Below are positions 18,439 through 30,010 of a DNA stretch of 64,000 nt, in pieces; positions within the stretch are counted from its first letter, which is position 1; every line of letters begins with the position of its first letter. The stretch is from the NCBI GenBank assembly GCA_026395055.1, contig JAPLZK010000004.1, forward strand, positions 82,805 to 146,804, written 5' to 3'. The DNA is from Candidatus Uhrbacteria bacterium. Lineage in GTDB: Bacteria; Patescibacteriota; Patescibacteriia; UBA9934; GWF2-40-263. Made by a program: the position numbers and the translations under genes. The notes below the pieces were generated by a model. It was not told the DNA's origin and did no database searches. It saw only the letters and a list, made by a program, of their open reading frames with translations.

Positions 18439-19737
18439 ATGTCTTCTCCTATCGAACAAGCTATTCGTCAAATCTGCGAAGAAAAAGGTCTTGCGTATGA
18501 ATCTGTTATTGATGCCATCCAAGCCGCGCTTGGTGCTGCCTACAGAAAAGACTTTGGTGATAAAAATCAAAACATTGATGTTGAGTTTAATCCGGAAACG
18601 GGTGAAGCAAAGGCTTATGACGTTAAGACTGTTGTAGAAGACATTGACCCAGAACAACTCGCAAAATTTGAAGAAGAGCGTCGTATTAAAGCAGAAGCAA
18701 TGGCCGCGCAATTTTCAGAAGGTCGCAAGCGCAGAGATGACCGTCGTGATGAACCCGCTGCATTCGTTCTCGAGGATGACGAAGGTCCACACTTTAATCC
18801 AAAAACAGAAGTCATGCTTTCAGATGCACGTGTCTTAAAGTTTAGCTCTAAGGTTGGAGATGTTTTGCGCACCCCTCTTCCAGAAGCGGGAGAATTCGGA
18901 CGTATGGCAGCCATGACCGCAAAACAAGTTATTACGCAAAAGCTTCGTGAAGCAGAGCGTGAGGTTGTTTTTAGTGAGTTCAAAGAGCATGAAGGTGAAA
19001 TGATGCAAGGAACCGTTCAACGTCGCGAAGGCCGTGTCGTTCTCGTCGATCTTGGTCGTACAACTGGAATTATGCGTCCAGAAGATCAAAATCCAAACGA
19101 ACGCTATAACACAGGAGACCGCATTAAAGTTTATGTTCGCCAAGTTGGACTCACAACAAAAGGACCTGAAATTTTATTGTCTCGTACGGCAGATGAAATG
19201 GTAAAGAAATTATTTGAAGTAGAAATTCCAGAAATTGAAGAAGGAACCGTTCAAATTAAAGCCATTGCACGTGAAGCAGGATCTCGTTCAAAAGTTGCGG
19301 TCGGAACAGATGACAACTCTATTGATCCAATCGGAGCTTGTATTGGTCAACGTGGAAGTCGTATCCAAACCATTATTGCAGAACTTGGCGGAGAAAAAGT
19401 GGATATCATTGAGTGGAGCAAAGATCCTGTGGCATTTATTACAAACGCGCTCTCTCCCGCAAAAATTTTTCATGTGGATGTTAATGAAGAAGCAAAAGTT
19501 GCTTCTGTCAGTGTAGCAACAGACCAACTTTCTCTTGCGATTGGAAAAGGCGGACAAAACGTACGTCTTGCAGCCAAGCTGACAGGATGGAAAATTAACA
19601 TTGTGGAAAAAGACAAAGAGGAAGTTGTGGAATCTGCAGAGCCTGTGGAAGCTACAGAGGCGATAAAGGTGACAGAAGCGTCAGAGGTTGTAGAAGGGAA
19701 GACAGATGAAGTTCCCGCTGAAGAAGCAAAGAACTAG
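18439..19737 (+). CDS. nusA: Transcription termination/antitermination factor NusA
   Basis: FGRMAAMTAKQVI, S1 and KH domains, AREAGSRSKVAV, AIGKGGQNVRLA. Confidence 0.97.
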   Translation: MSSPIEQAIRQICEEKGLAYESVIDAIQAALGAAYRKDFGDKNQNIDVEFNPETGEAKAYDVKTVVEDIDPEQLAKFEEERRIKAEAMAAQFSEGRKRRDDRRDEPAAFVLEDDEGPHFNPKTEVMLSDARVLKFSSKVGDVLRTPLPEAGEFGRMAAMTAKQVITQKLREAEREVVFSEFKEHEGEMMQGTVQRREGRVVLVDLGRTTGIMRPEDQNPNERYNTGDRIKVYVRQVGLTTKGPEILLSRTADEMVKKLFEVEIPEIEEGTVQIKAIAREAGSRSKVAVGTDDNSIDPIGACIGQRGSRIQTIIAELGGEKVDIIEWSKDPVAFITNALSPAKIFHVDVNEEAKVASVSVATDQLSLAIGKGGQNVRLAAKLTGWKINIVEKDKEEVVESAEPVEATEAIKVTEASEVVEGKTDEVPAEEAKN

Positions 19738-19739
19738 TC

Positions 19740-19783
19740 CCTGCCTGCCGGCAGGCAGGCCTAACCCTTCGTCCCTAATCCCT
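19740..19783. repeat. Perfect 20-nt palindrome cctgcctgccggcaggcagg followed by CCCT heptamer-like arm
   Basis: Seen directly between nusA and yidC. Confidence 0.8.
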
Positions 19784-19792
19784 TTCAACATT

Positions 19793-20530
19793 ATGAACAT
19801 TTTTTACGTGTTCCTTTTTCAACCGATCTTCAACTTGCTTGTCTTCCTCTACAACATTGTTCCTGGTGGAGACATGGGAATTGCCATCATTTTGCTTACG
19901 GTTATCATCAAGCTTGCGCTTTGGCCTCTCATGAGTTCCAGTTTGAAATCGCAAAAGGCCATGCAGGAGTTACAGCCAAAGCTGGACGCGCTCAAGATTG
20001 AATATAAAGACGACAAAGAAGGACTCTCAAAAGCCATGATGGCGTTGTATCAAGAAGAAAAAGTGAATCCGCTCGCATCTTGTTTGCCGATCGTGATTCA
20101 ATTACCTGTTTTGATTGCCTTATACCGTGTGTTGTTTCATGGATTTGATGCAACCGCGCTGAATCAACTCTACCCGTTCATCCACAATCCTGGCAGTATT
20201 CACACCATGTTTTTAGGTTTCATTAATCTTGGGCAAAAAAACATTTGGCTTGCTATTTTGGCAGGAATCCTTCAGTTCTTCCAGACACGCATGATGATCA
20301 TGCGTCAGCCACCAAAACAAGTGGCTAAATCGGAAGGAGCAAAAGACGAATCTATGCTCGCAAGCATGAACAAGTCCATGATGTACATGATGCCAATCAT
20401 GACGGTTCTTATTGGAATCAAACTTCCAGGCGGACTCACACTTTACTGGGTGACGGTGACCGTCTTCTCTATTGTTCAACAATGGTGGGTGTTTAATCAG
20501 AAGCAGAAGAAAGAAGTAGTTAAGAAGTAA
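19793..20530 (+). CDS. yidC: YidC/Oxa1 membrane protein insertase (short form)
   Basis: GIAIILLTVIIK, MQELQPK, NPLASCLP..IQLP, GLTLYW. Confidence 0.93.
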   Translation: MNIFYVFLFQPIFNLLVFLYNIVPGGDMGIAIILLTVIIKLALWPLMSSSLKSQKAMQELQPKLDALKIEYKDDKEGLSKAMMALYQEEKVNPLASCLPIVIQLPVLIALYRVLFHGFDATALNQLYPFIHNPGSIHTMFLGFINLGQKNIWLAILAGILQFFQTRMMIMRQPPKQVAKSEGAKDESMLASMNKSMMYMMPIMTVLIGIKLPGGLTLYWVTVTVFSIVQQWWVFNQKQKKEVVKK

Positions 20531-20665
20531 AGTGGTCGAGAAGTCGAGTAAAAGAAAAAGATTGGCCGAAAGGCCGATTTTTTTTGTCCACAGGGTTTTC
20601 GTTAGATTCTGCTATGATGCTTTCATGGAACGAACTTTACTCCTTGACTTCTTGACTACTTTTTC

Positions 20666-21574
20666 ATGTCTACCGACCTCGAACAATCTATTCTTCGTAC
20701 CCTTTGTTGGTTTGCTGTGTTTGATCGTCCAATCACGGGGTTTGAGATTTGGAAATGGCTGATCGAACCTGTTCGGGCTTACGATCTTTCCGAGGTGTAT
20801 CGTGTGCTTGAGGGAAGTGGATGGGTGAAGACGCGATTCTTGATCGATCGAGGATACTACAGATTAAGGGATGAACATTTAGGGGGAGTTGAAACACGTT
20901 CTCAAAATTATCTTGATTCCGTAAAAAAGTTTCGTAAATTGAAACGAGCATCACAGTACCTTCGCTTGTTTTCAAGTGCGCAATCCATTGCGGCCGTAAA
21001 TTCGATTGCCTGGATGAACACAAATGAACAGAGCGATATTGATTTGTTTGTCATCACAAAACCAAAATCTATTTGGTCTACACGTTTCTGGATGGTTGCG
21101 CCATTTATCGCCCTTGGAAAACGCCCAGGTGCATCTAATGAAGATCCATTTTGTTTTAGCTTCTTTGCAACGTCGAGTGCGCTTGCAATGAATCACCTTC
21201 GGTTAAAAGAAGGGGATCATTATTTTGCATTTTGGCTAAAATCCCTTGTGCCAATGGTTGATCATGATGGGTATCTTCAGAAACTTCAGGAGGAAAACGC
21301 TTGGGCAGATCATGTCTTACCAAACGCGTCATCTCGACGTATTCATCCGCATCACGCATCAAAACAAATTCCATCCATCATTCCGCATACAGGTTTTCTC
21401 GAGTCGTTTTATCGGTCCGTCTCGCACAAACGTTTTCCTCTTGCGATTCGAAATCTTGCGAACAAAGATTCACGCGTGGTGATCTCAGATGATATGTTGA
21501 AGTTTCATGAAACAGATCGTCGCGCAGAATTTGAACATTCTTATCGTGAACGCATTAAGCAAACCCTGATATGA
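20666..21574 (+). CDS. Nucleotidyltransferase (pol-beta-like) domain protein
   Basis: NS...SDIDLFVIT motif. Confidence 0.6.
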   Translation: MSTDLEQSILRTLCWFAVFDRPITGFEIWKWLIEPVRAYDLSEVYRVLEGSGWVKTRFLIDRGYYRLRDEHLGGVETRSQNYLDSVKKFRKLKRASQYLRLFSSAQSIAAVNSIAWMNTNEQSDIDLFVITKPKSIWSTRFWMVAPFIALGKRPGASNEDPFCFSFFATSSALAMNHLRLKEGDHYFAFWLKSLVPMVDHDGYLQKLQEENAWADHVLPNASSRRIHPHHASKQIPSIIPHTGFLESFYRSVSHKRFPLAIRNLANKDSRVVISDDMLKFHETDRRAEFEHSYRERIKQTLI

Positions 21575-22851
21575 CCAGACAAAAAATAGCGAACGGGTTT
21601 TTGATGGCAGCTTTGTTCTTGCTTCCGTGGCAAACCATTTTGCTTTATCGCCTGATTGCGTTGCCTGAGGGGGCAACGGTTTATGGAAATCTAGGTGTGT
21701 ATGTGACGGAGATTCTGATCGCTATAGCGTTTTTTGTTCGTGGACGTCCGCTTGCAAATCCTGTTTTTTTAAAAATCATTCGCGCATTGTTTGTTTTTTT
21801 TGCAGCCTGTTTTCTTTCGCTTACGTATTCACACACGTTTGCTGTCAGCTTAGGATGGCTCAGTCATTTCGTTGCAGGAGGAATGCTTTTTCTTCTCCTG
21901 TTGGATGATCGCACAAATATTCCACAAACAGTTCATGTGTTTCTTGCTGGTCTTATTTTGCCCTGCATCCTCGGTTGGATGCAATACATCACGGGATTTA
22001 GTCCTGCGCTGACGGTTCTTGGTCTCGCGCAAAAACATGTTGAGACGTCCGGGGTTGCGGTTGTTGCCACAGATGCATTTCGATCGCTCAGAGCGTACGG
22101 CCCATTTCCGCATCCGAATATTTTTGGCGGATACCTTGCGGTCGCGATATTGTTGAAAGGGTGGAAAGGTCGGACAGGTCTGAAGAGTTTGAAGGGTTGG
22201 CGGGGCTGGGTACAGATCGCCATGATCGCGCTTTTCACCTCGACGCTTATCCTGACATTCTCGCGCGGAGCCTGGCTCGCGCTTACGATCGGACTCGTTG
22301 TATTCCTCGGCCAAGCTCTTTTCTACAAAAAACTCGTCCCGCACCGCGCAATTCCTTTGTTGTCGATCGGTCTCCTCACGATTTTGCTTTCGATCGGCAT
22401 GCTGCAATCGCATGTACTTGCGAGATTTAATCCTGCACTTCATGTAGAAGCAATCTCGCTCGAAGAACGTGCGTCGCAATATCAAACATTCCCAAGCGTC
22501 TTCAAGATCGATCCACTCTTTGGTGTTGGTCCTGGTGCGTACGTGTTCGCTCTCGAGAGTTTGTCGAAAGGCGAGCCGGCCTGGAGTTATCAACCGATCC
22601 ATAACGCCTTTTTGTTACTGATCGCCGAACTCGGTGTTGTTGCATTTCTTGCATTTGGTTATTTCCTGTTTGAGATTGGACGATTGATGGCGAAGTATCG
22701 AAAGACAACGGGAGGAATATTTGCTGCAACGCTTCTTCTCGAACTTCTTGTTCTCTCTTTGTTCGATCATTATCTCTTTTCGATGTGGTCCGGGATTGCA
22801 CTCACGACGGTCGTGTTTGCGATCTCGTTGCGGCTGGCAATTGAATCTTAA
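21571..22851 (+). CDS. O-antigen ligase family membrane protein
   Basis: RAYGPFPHPN, TFSRGAW, GVGPGAY, PIHNAFLLLIAELG; ATGA overlap with upstream gene. Confidence 0.88.
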   Translation: MTRQKIANGFLMAALFLLPWQTILLYRLIALPEGATVYGNLGVYVTEILIAIAFFVRGRPLANPVFLKIIRALFVFFAACFLSLTYSHTFAVSLGWLSHFVAGGMLFLLLLDDRTNIPQTVHVFLAGLILPCILGWMQYITGFSPALTVLGLAQKHVETSGVAVVATDAFRSLRAYGPFPHPNIFGGYLAVAILLKGWKGRTGLKSLKGWRGWVQIAMIALFTSTLILTFSRGAWLALTIGLVVFLGQALFYKKLVPHRAIPLLSIGLLTILLSIGMLQSHVLARFNPALHVEAISLEERASQYQTFPSVFKIDPLFGVGPGAYVFALESLSKGEPAWSYQPIHNAFLLLIAELGVVAFLAFGYFLFEIGRLMAKYRKTTGGIFAATLLLELLVLSLFDHYLFSMWSGIALTTVVFAISLRLAIES

Positions 22852-22860
22852 TTTCACGCT

Positions 22861-23517
22861 ATGAAAACAGTTTTTATTTCAGGAGCAAGCCGCGGAATTG
22901 GCAAGGCACTCGCGCAGCTCTTTATCAAAAATAACTTTTTCGTGATCGGTACCTCGACGAAAGGTGTTGTTGACTTCACACACGAGAATCTTTTGATGTT
23001 ACAACTTGATCAAACAGATTCGTCGAGTATAGAGCGTTGTGCGCGATCGGTTACTGATCTTGGAAAAAAGATTGATGTGCTTATCAACAATGCGGCGATG
23101 TGGATTGAAGGGGATTACGAAAAAGAAGTTGATGTGACGATTTTACGAAAAACGCTCGAGGCGAATTTGATCGGCGTGATTGATCTCACTGAGCGATTGA
23201 TTCCACTCATGAATCAAGGTGGTCACATGGTGAATGTTTCATCTCGCCAAGGCTCATTCGGTTACATTTCTACGATTCATACAACATCCTATTCGATCTC
23301 GAAAGCTGCATTGAATATGTACACACGAGCACTCGCATACCGACTAACTGATCACATAACCGTTTCCGCGATTCATCCTGGATACGTGAAGACAGATATG
23401 AATGAAGGGGAAGGAGACCTTGAGCCAGAAGAAGCTGCGAATGATATTTATGAACTTGCGCTTCGAGATGTGGAAACAGGAAAGTTCTGGTTTCAAGGAA
23501 AAGAGTTTCCTTGGTAA
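22861..23517 (+). CDS. Short-chain dehydrogenase/reductase
   Basis: SGASRGIG, NNAA, YSISK, HPGYVKTDM. Confidence 0.92.
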   Translation: MKTVFISGASRGIGKALAQLFIKNNFFVIGTSTKGVVDFTHENLLMLQLDQTDSSSIERCARSVTDLGKKIDVLINNAAMWIEGDYEKEVDVTILRKTLEANLIGVIDLTERLIPLMNQGGHMVNVSSRQGSFGYISTIHTTSYSISKAALNMYTRALAYRLTDHITVSAIHPGYVKTDMNEGEGDLEPEEAANDIYELALRDVETGKFWFQGKEFPW

Positions 23518-23593
23518 TCGTTTTAAAAACAGCCTAATGGCTGTTTTATTGTTCCCTTGACTCTACGCAAACTTTTCGCCAAAATGTCCCCCG

Positions 23594-23620
23594 TTAGCAC
23601 ATTCTTCTTTGGAGTGCTAA
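23594..23620. promoter_or_regulatory. CIRCE element (HrcA operator), imperfect
   Basis: TTAGCACat-N9-GAGTGCTAA upstream of groES. Confidence 0.85.
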
Positions 23621-23648
23621 GATCCAAATCACCTAACCTCTTTTTTGT

Positions 23649-25560
<1,912 letters not shown>

Positions 25561-25630
25561 AAGAGAGAAAGACGGGGAATAACTCCCTGTCTTTTGTTTT
25601 TCCTTTGTATTTTGCTATGATAATCCCACT

Positions 25631-26759
25631 ATGAAAGAGTTGTTGAAATTAATCCAAGCCCTCCGCGATCGAGCTTTTCGAACGTGGGGGTTACTTTGAC
25701 CTTGATACCGTGAAGACCGAAGTTGCCGCGCTTGAAGCGCAGATGGCGGCTCCGGATTTTTGGAATGATACGCAGAACGCAAAGACGGTAAGCAAACACG
25801 CAGCAGATCTTCGAAGCGAACTTCTGACTTGGGAATCGTTTATCGCAGAGATCGACGAGCTTCTTGAGCTCGCGAAGTTTGGTGATGAGAATAATGACAC
25901 GTCGATGCACGATGAGATCGCCACAAAACGCGAGGGACTCGAAGCGCGCTTTTCCAAAATGGAATTTGCCACGCTCTTCTCAGGAGAACATGATGACACA
26001 ACCGCAATCCTCGCCATTCATGCAGGGTCTGGTGGAACAGAAGCACAAGACTGGGCGCAGATGCTGCTTCGGATGTATTCAAGATTCTCGGAACAAAAAG
26101 GGTTTGAGATGACGATTCTTGATGAGTCCCGCGCAGAAGATGTTGGAATTAAAAGCATCATGGTTCGCGTGACAGGGCGATACGCGTACGGCTATTTGAA
26201 ATCCGAAGCAGGAGTCCACAGACTCGTCCGTATTTCGCCATTTGATGCCGAGAAGATGCGTCACACAACATTTGCTCTTGTCGAAGTGATTCCGGAACTC
26301 GACGAGATCGAAGATATTGAGATCGATCCAAAAGATTTACGTATTGATACGTATCTCTCGGGTGGAAAAGGTGGACAAAGTGTGAACACAACGTATTCGG
26401 CGGTGCGCATCGTTCACTTGCCAACAAAGATTGCCGTCGCGTGTCAGAACGAACGTTCGCAATTGCAAAACAAAGAGACAGCCATGAAGATTTTGAAATC
26501 CAAGTTGCATCAGTTGAAGGTTGAGGAACAAAAGAAACAGAAGTCGGATCTCCGTGGCGATTACCAATCCGCTGAATGGGGAAACCAGATTCGCAGTTAC
26601 GTACTTCACCCATACAAACTCGTAAAAGATCATCGAACGGATTACGAGACAACAGATGCAGAAGGCGTTCTCGAAGGCGCACTCGAACCGTTCATGGAAG
26701 CGTATCTTCGAATGGAACTCGGGAGGTCGGATCGATTCGCAAAAGAAAATAAAGAATAA
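25631..26759 (+). CDS. prfB: Peptide chain release factor 2 with programmed +1 frameshift
   Basis: ATG 25631 frame ends at CTT TGA C (25694-25700) preceded by ggggg; +1 frame has SPF, GGQ, WGNQIRSY. Confidence 0.95.
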
Positions 26760-26765
26760 CCATCT

Positions 26766-26862
26766 GTGTCATTGCGAGGAGGAGTCATCGACGACGAAGC
26801 AATCTTGTAGATGCAGTCGTGTCAAAAAGATTGCTTTGTCGTCGAACTCCTCGCAATGACAC
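26766..26862. repeat. REP/MITE-like element with 16-bp terminal inverted repeats
   Basis: gtgtcattgcgaggag ... ctcctcgcaatgacac; inner aagcaatc/gattgctt. Confidence 0.8.
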
Positions 26863-26870
26863 GATAAACT

Positions 26871-27800
26871 ATGAAATTCAAAACAGCTCTTGTTACGGGT
26901 GGTGCCGGTTTTATCGGCTCACATCTTGTTGATGCTCTTGTGACCAAGCGTATCAAAGTTTATGTTGTCGATGATTTGTCGAGCGGACAAAAATCGAACG
27001 TGAATCCGAATGCGAACTTCACAAAACTTTCCGTGAATGCTCCGGCGTTTATCGATTATCTCAAAAAAATAAAACCAGACGTCATTTTTCATTTGGCGGC
27101 TCAGATCAACGTGCGAAAGTCTGTTCTGAATCCAATCGAGGATGCAAAGACAAACATCATGGGTTTGCTTGCCATTTTAAGTGTGGCAAAAGAAATCGGG
27201 GTGAAGAAGATTGTGTTCTCCTCGAGTGGTGGAGTGATGTATCCGGATACCGCAAAAATGCCGTATGCCGAAACAATTCCAGCACAGCCTATTTCTCCGT
27301 ATGGAATCTCAAAGCGCGCGTCTGAAATGTATCTTGCATTTGCGCACCAACTCCATGGCGTGCCATACGTGGCGCTCCGATACGCGAACGTCTTTGGTCC
27401 GCGACAAAATGCGAAAGGCGAAGCGGGAGTGATCTCCATGTTTGCGACCGCCATGCTTGCCGGAAAGCCAACCATGATTAATGGAACGGGCAAACAAACA
27501 CGCGATTTCGTTTATGTGGGTGACATTGTTCGTGCCAATCTTCTCGCGGCACAGAAAAATGTGGTTGGTGAATTTAATATTGGAACGGGACGCGAGACGG
27601 ATATTAATACGCTTTTTAAAAAACTCGTAAAACTCACAGGGTACAAATTACCAGAACAACACGCAAAGGCGGCGGTCGGAGAGGTGATGCGTTCCGTGCT
27701 CGATGCACGTAAGGCGCGCGAGATTCTTGATTGGGAACCAAAGATGAAGTTTGATGACGGACTCGCGAAAACGGTTGAATGGTTTCGCAAAAAGAACTAA
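26871..27800 (+). CDS. NAD-dependent epimerase/dehydratase (UDP-glucose 4-epimerase-like)
   Basis: TGGAGFIGS, YGISK, LRYANVFGPRQ, TRDFVYV. Confidence 0.92.
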   Translation: MKFKTALVTGGAGFIGSHLVDALVTKRIKVYVVDDLSSGQKSNVNPNANFTKLSVNAPAFIDYLKKIKPDVIFHLAAQINVRKSVLNPIEDAKTNIMGLLAILSVAKEIGVKKIVFSSSGGVMYPDTAKMPYAETIPAQPISPYGISKRASEMYLAFAHQLHGVPYVALRYANVFGPRQNAKGEAGVISMFATAMLAGKPTMINGTGKQTRDFVYVGDIVRANLLAAQKNVVGEFNIGTGRETDINTLFKKLVKLTGYKLPEQHAKAAVGEVMRSVLDARKAREILDWEPKMKFDDGLAKTVEWFRKKN

Positions 27801-27805
27801 TTTTT

Positions 27806-28402
27806 ATGGATGTTTCGCATGATGAGTTATCGGATCGGGCAATCGTTGTTTTAAAAACCGGAGGAGTCATCGTTCTTCCAACAGAAACGGCGTATGGGTT
27901 GGCAGCGGATGCAACAAACGCTGAGGCTCTCGATCGGGTGATTGCCATTAAAGGGCGTGATGCAGGAAAGACACCGCCGCTTATTGTGGCAACCATCGAA
28001 ATGGCGGAGTATTACATGGTTTTGCCGCCACTCTTGCGTGCACTTGCCGATAGATATTGGCCAGGACCTCTGACAATTGTTGGAAAGGCAAAAGGGACAG
28101 GACTTTCAAAACAAGTGATTCATGAAGATGGAACAATTGCCGTGCGTGTTTCCTCACATCCAATCGCAAGGCAACTTTCTTTGCAGTTAGGTCTCCCAAT
28201 TGTGGCAACCTCTGCAAATTTATCTGGAGAAAGCGCATGTTATTCTGCAGAAGACGTTCGAAAGCAATTCGAACATCAGCGCATTCAACCAGATTTTTAT
28301 GTCGATATGGGTATAATCCCATTCGAACTTCCTTCAACCTTGGTCAAGGAAGAAGAAGGAAAAATTGTGGTCTTACGACAAGGATCGATTCACCTTGAAT
28401 AA
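27806..28402 (+). CDS. tsaC: Threonylcarbamoyl-AMP synthase (YrdC/Sua5)
   Basis: PTETAYGL, KGR, WPGPLT, TSANLSG, LRQG. Confidence 0.93.
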   Translation: MDVSHDELSDRAIVVLKTGGVIVLPTETAYGLAADATNAEALDRVIAIKGRDAGKTPPLIVATIEMAEYYMVLPPLLRALADRYWPGPLTIVGKAKGTGLSKQVIHEDGTIAVRVSSHPIARQLSLQLGLPIVATSANLSGESACYSAEDVRKQFEHQRIQPDFYVDMGIIPFELPSTLVKEEEGKIVVLRQGSIHLE

Positions 28403-28407
28403 ATAAC

Positions 28408-29193
28408 ATGCTTCCTCGCGCCAAAAAATCCTATGGCCAGAATTTCCTGATCGACCAATCTGTGGTCGATAAAATTTTGGTTGCGGCAGAGATCACAAAA
28501 GGGGAGAGTATTCTTGAGATTGGTCCTGGAACGGGACTGCTTACGCAAGCACTGGTTGGTTCGAAAGCTCGCGTTGTTGCCGTTGAGCTCGACCATGACC
28601 TCATCGAGCCGCTCGTAAATCACTTTGGCGATAAGATCGAGCTCATTGAAGGCGATATTTTGCGTCTTGAAACGTTACCGGTTGAAGATCGTGCCTATAA
28701 ACTGATTGCGAACATTCCGTACAACATCACTTCGCCCATTATTGAAAAGTTTTTGACACAGGCTCCGCGACCAAGTCGAATGATCCTTATGGTGCAACGA
28801 GAGGTCGCTGACCGGATTGTGGCAAAACCTCCGCAGATGAGTCTGTTGTCTGTTGTCTGTCAGCTGTATGCGAATTGCTCTCGAGTAGTTAATGTAAGGG
28901 CAGGGTCATTTCGACCAATTCCCAAGGTGGATTCTGCGGTTGTGCAATTCGATCTGAAACATTCATCAGATCCATTGGCAGAACGTATTATCCATCTTGC
29001 AAAAATGGGATTTATTTCTAAGCGCAAGCAACTTCATCACAATTTATTGCCGTACTTACGCGTACGGAAGCCTGAGGCAACAAGCGAGGATGTCAAAGCG
29101 ATGCTTGTCTCGATCGGGCACGACCCAAGGGTCCGTGCCGAGAATCTGACGATTGAAGATTGGGTTAAACTCGAAAAAAGAATGAACGCATAA
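28408..29193 (+). CDS. rsmA: 16S rRNA m6,2A dimethyltransferase
   Basis: GQNFL, LEIGPGTG, NIPYNITS, PKVDS, RAENL. Confidence 0.96.
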   Translation: MLPRAKKSYGQNFLIDQSVVDKILVAAEITKGESILEIGPGTGLLTQALVGSKARVVAVELDHDLIEPLVNHFGDKIELIEGDILRLETLPVEDRAYKLIANIPYNITSPIIEKFLTQAPRPSRMILMVQREVADRIVAKPPQMSLLSVVCQLYANCSRVVNVRAGSFRPIPKVDSAVVQFDLKHSSDPLAERIIHLAKMGFISKRKQLHHNLLPYLRVRKPEATSEDVKAMLVSIGHDPRVRAENLTIEDWVKLEKRMNA

Positions 29194-29275
29194 ACAGGAA
29201 CTTGTTCCTGTTTTTTTGTCCCCAACTTCTTGCTTCTAGCTTCTTCGTTCTCCTGCTATAATATCCTTACAAATT

Positions 29276-30004
29276 ATGGCGACACGGAGAATTCAAAATC
29301 GCCCACCATCAGTGTTGCAAGCGGAGCAGAAAATTGCTTTTGCTCTTTTGGTTTTTTTGGGAGTTGGTGGAATTATTTTTGGATTTCGTTCTTTTGGCGC
29401 AAACCTTTATCGTCCAATTCAACAACAGTTTGCAAAGTATTACACCGGAGAAGACGTTGTGAACGCAAACTCACAAGACTCCGCCGCTATTGAGGAACAA
29501 AAAAAGAAAGACACAGACGGAGATGGTCTTTCGGATTACGACGAATTGTATGTGTATAAGACCAGTCCGTATTTGAAAGATTCAGATTCAGATGGCATTG
29601 ATGATAAAACAGAGGTCTTTGGTGGAACAGATCCAAACTGTCCCGTAGGGAAGGATTGTGGTGCGGGTGCTGTGGAAACAGCGAATACAGCCGCAACAAC
29701 TCCACAAGAAGTTCTTGGTTCAACACCTGGTAATGAGGGAATCTTAAAATCTGGTCAACTCAAGTTTCAAAGTACAGAAGATGTTCAAAAGTTTTTCAAG
29801 TCTGCAACGTCACAAGAAATCCGTTCAGCGCTTGTGCAATCAGGAATGAAACAAGCAGATGTTGATAAAATTAGTGACGCCGACTTACAAACATTATTTG
29901 ATCAAGCGATTGGAAAAGCGTCTGCAAGCGGACAATTTGATTCGTTAACAACCGGTGGTGCGTCAGGTTCTGTAAGCGCAACGACGGAAACTCCCAAGCA
30001 ATAG
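29276..30004 (+). CDS. Membrane-anchored protein with TSP3-like Ca-binding repeats
   Basis: N-terminal TM; DTDGDGLSDYDE and DSDSDGIDDKTE..GTDP. Confidence 0.75.
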   Translation: MATRRIQNRPPSVLQAEQKIAFALLVFLGVGGIIFGFRSFGANLYRPIQQQFAKYYTGEDVVNANSQDSAAIEEQKKKDTDGDGLSDYDELYVYKTSPYLKDSDSDGIDDKTEVFGGTDPNCPVGKDCGAGAVETANTAATTPQEVLGSTPGNEGILKSGQLKFQSTEDVQKFFKSATSQEIRSALVQSGMKQADVDKISDADLQTLFDQAIGKASASGQFDSLTTGGASGSVSATTETPKQ

Positions 30005-30010
30005 AATCTT

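Noticed and set aside
25694-25700. prfB as a pseudogene or sequencing error
   Set aside because: Canonical programmed frameshift CTT TGA C
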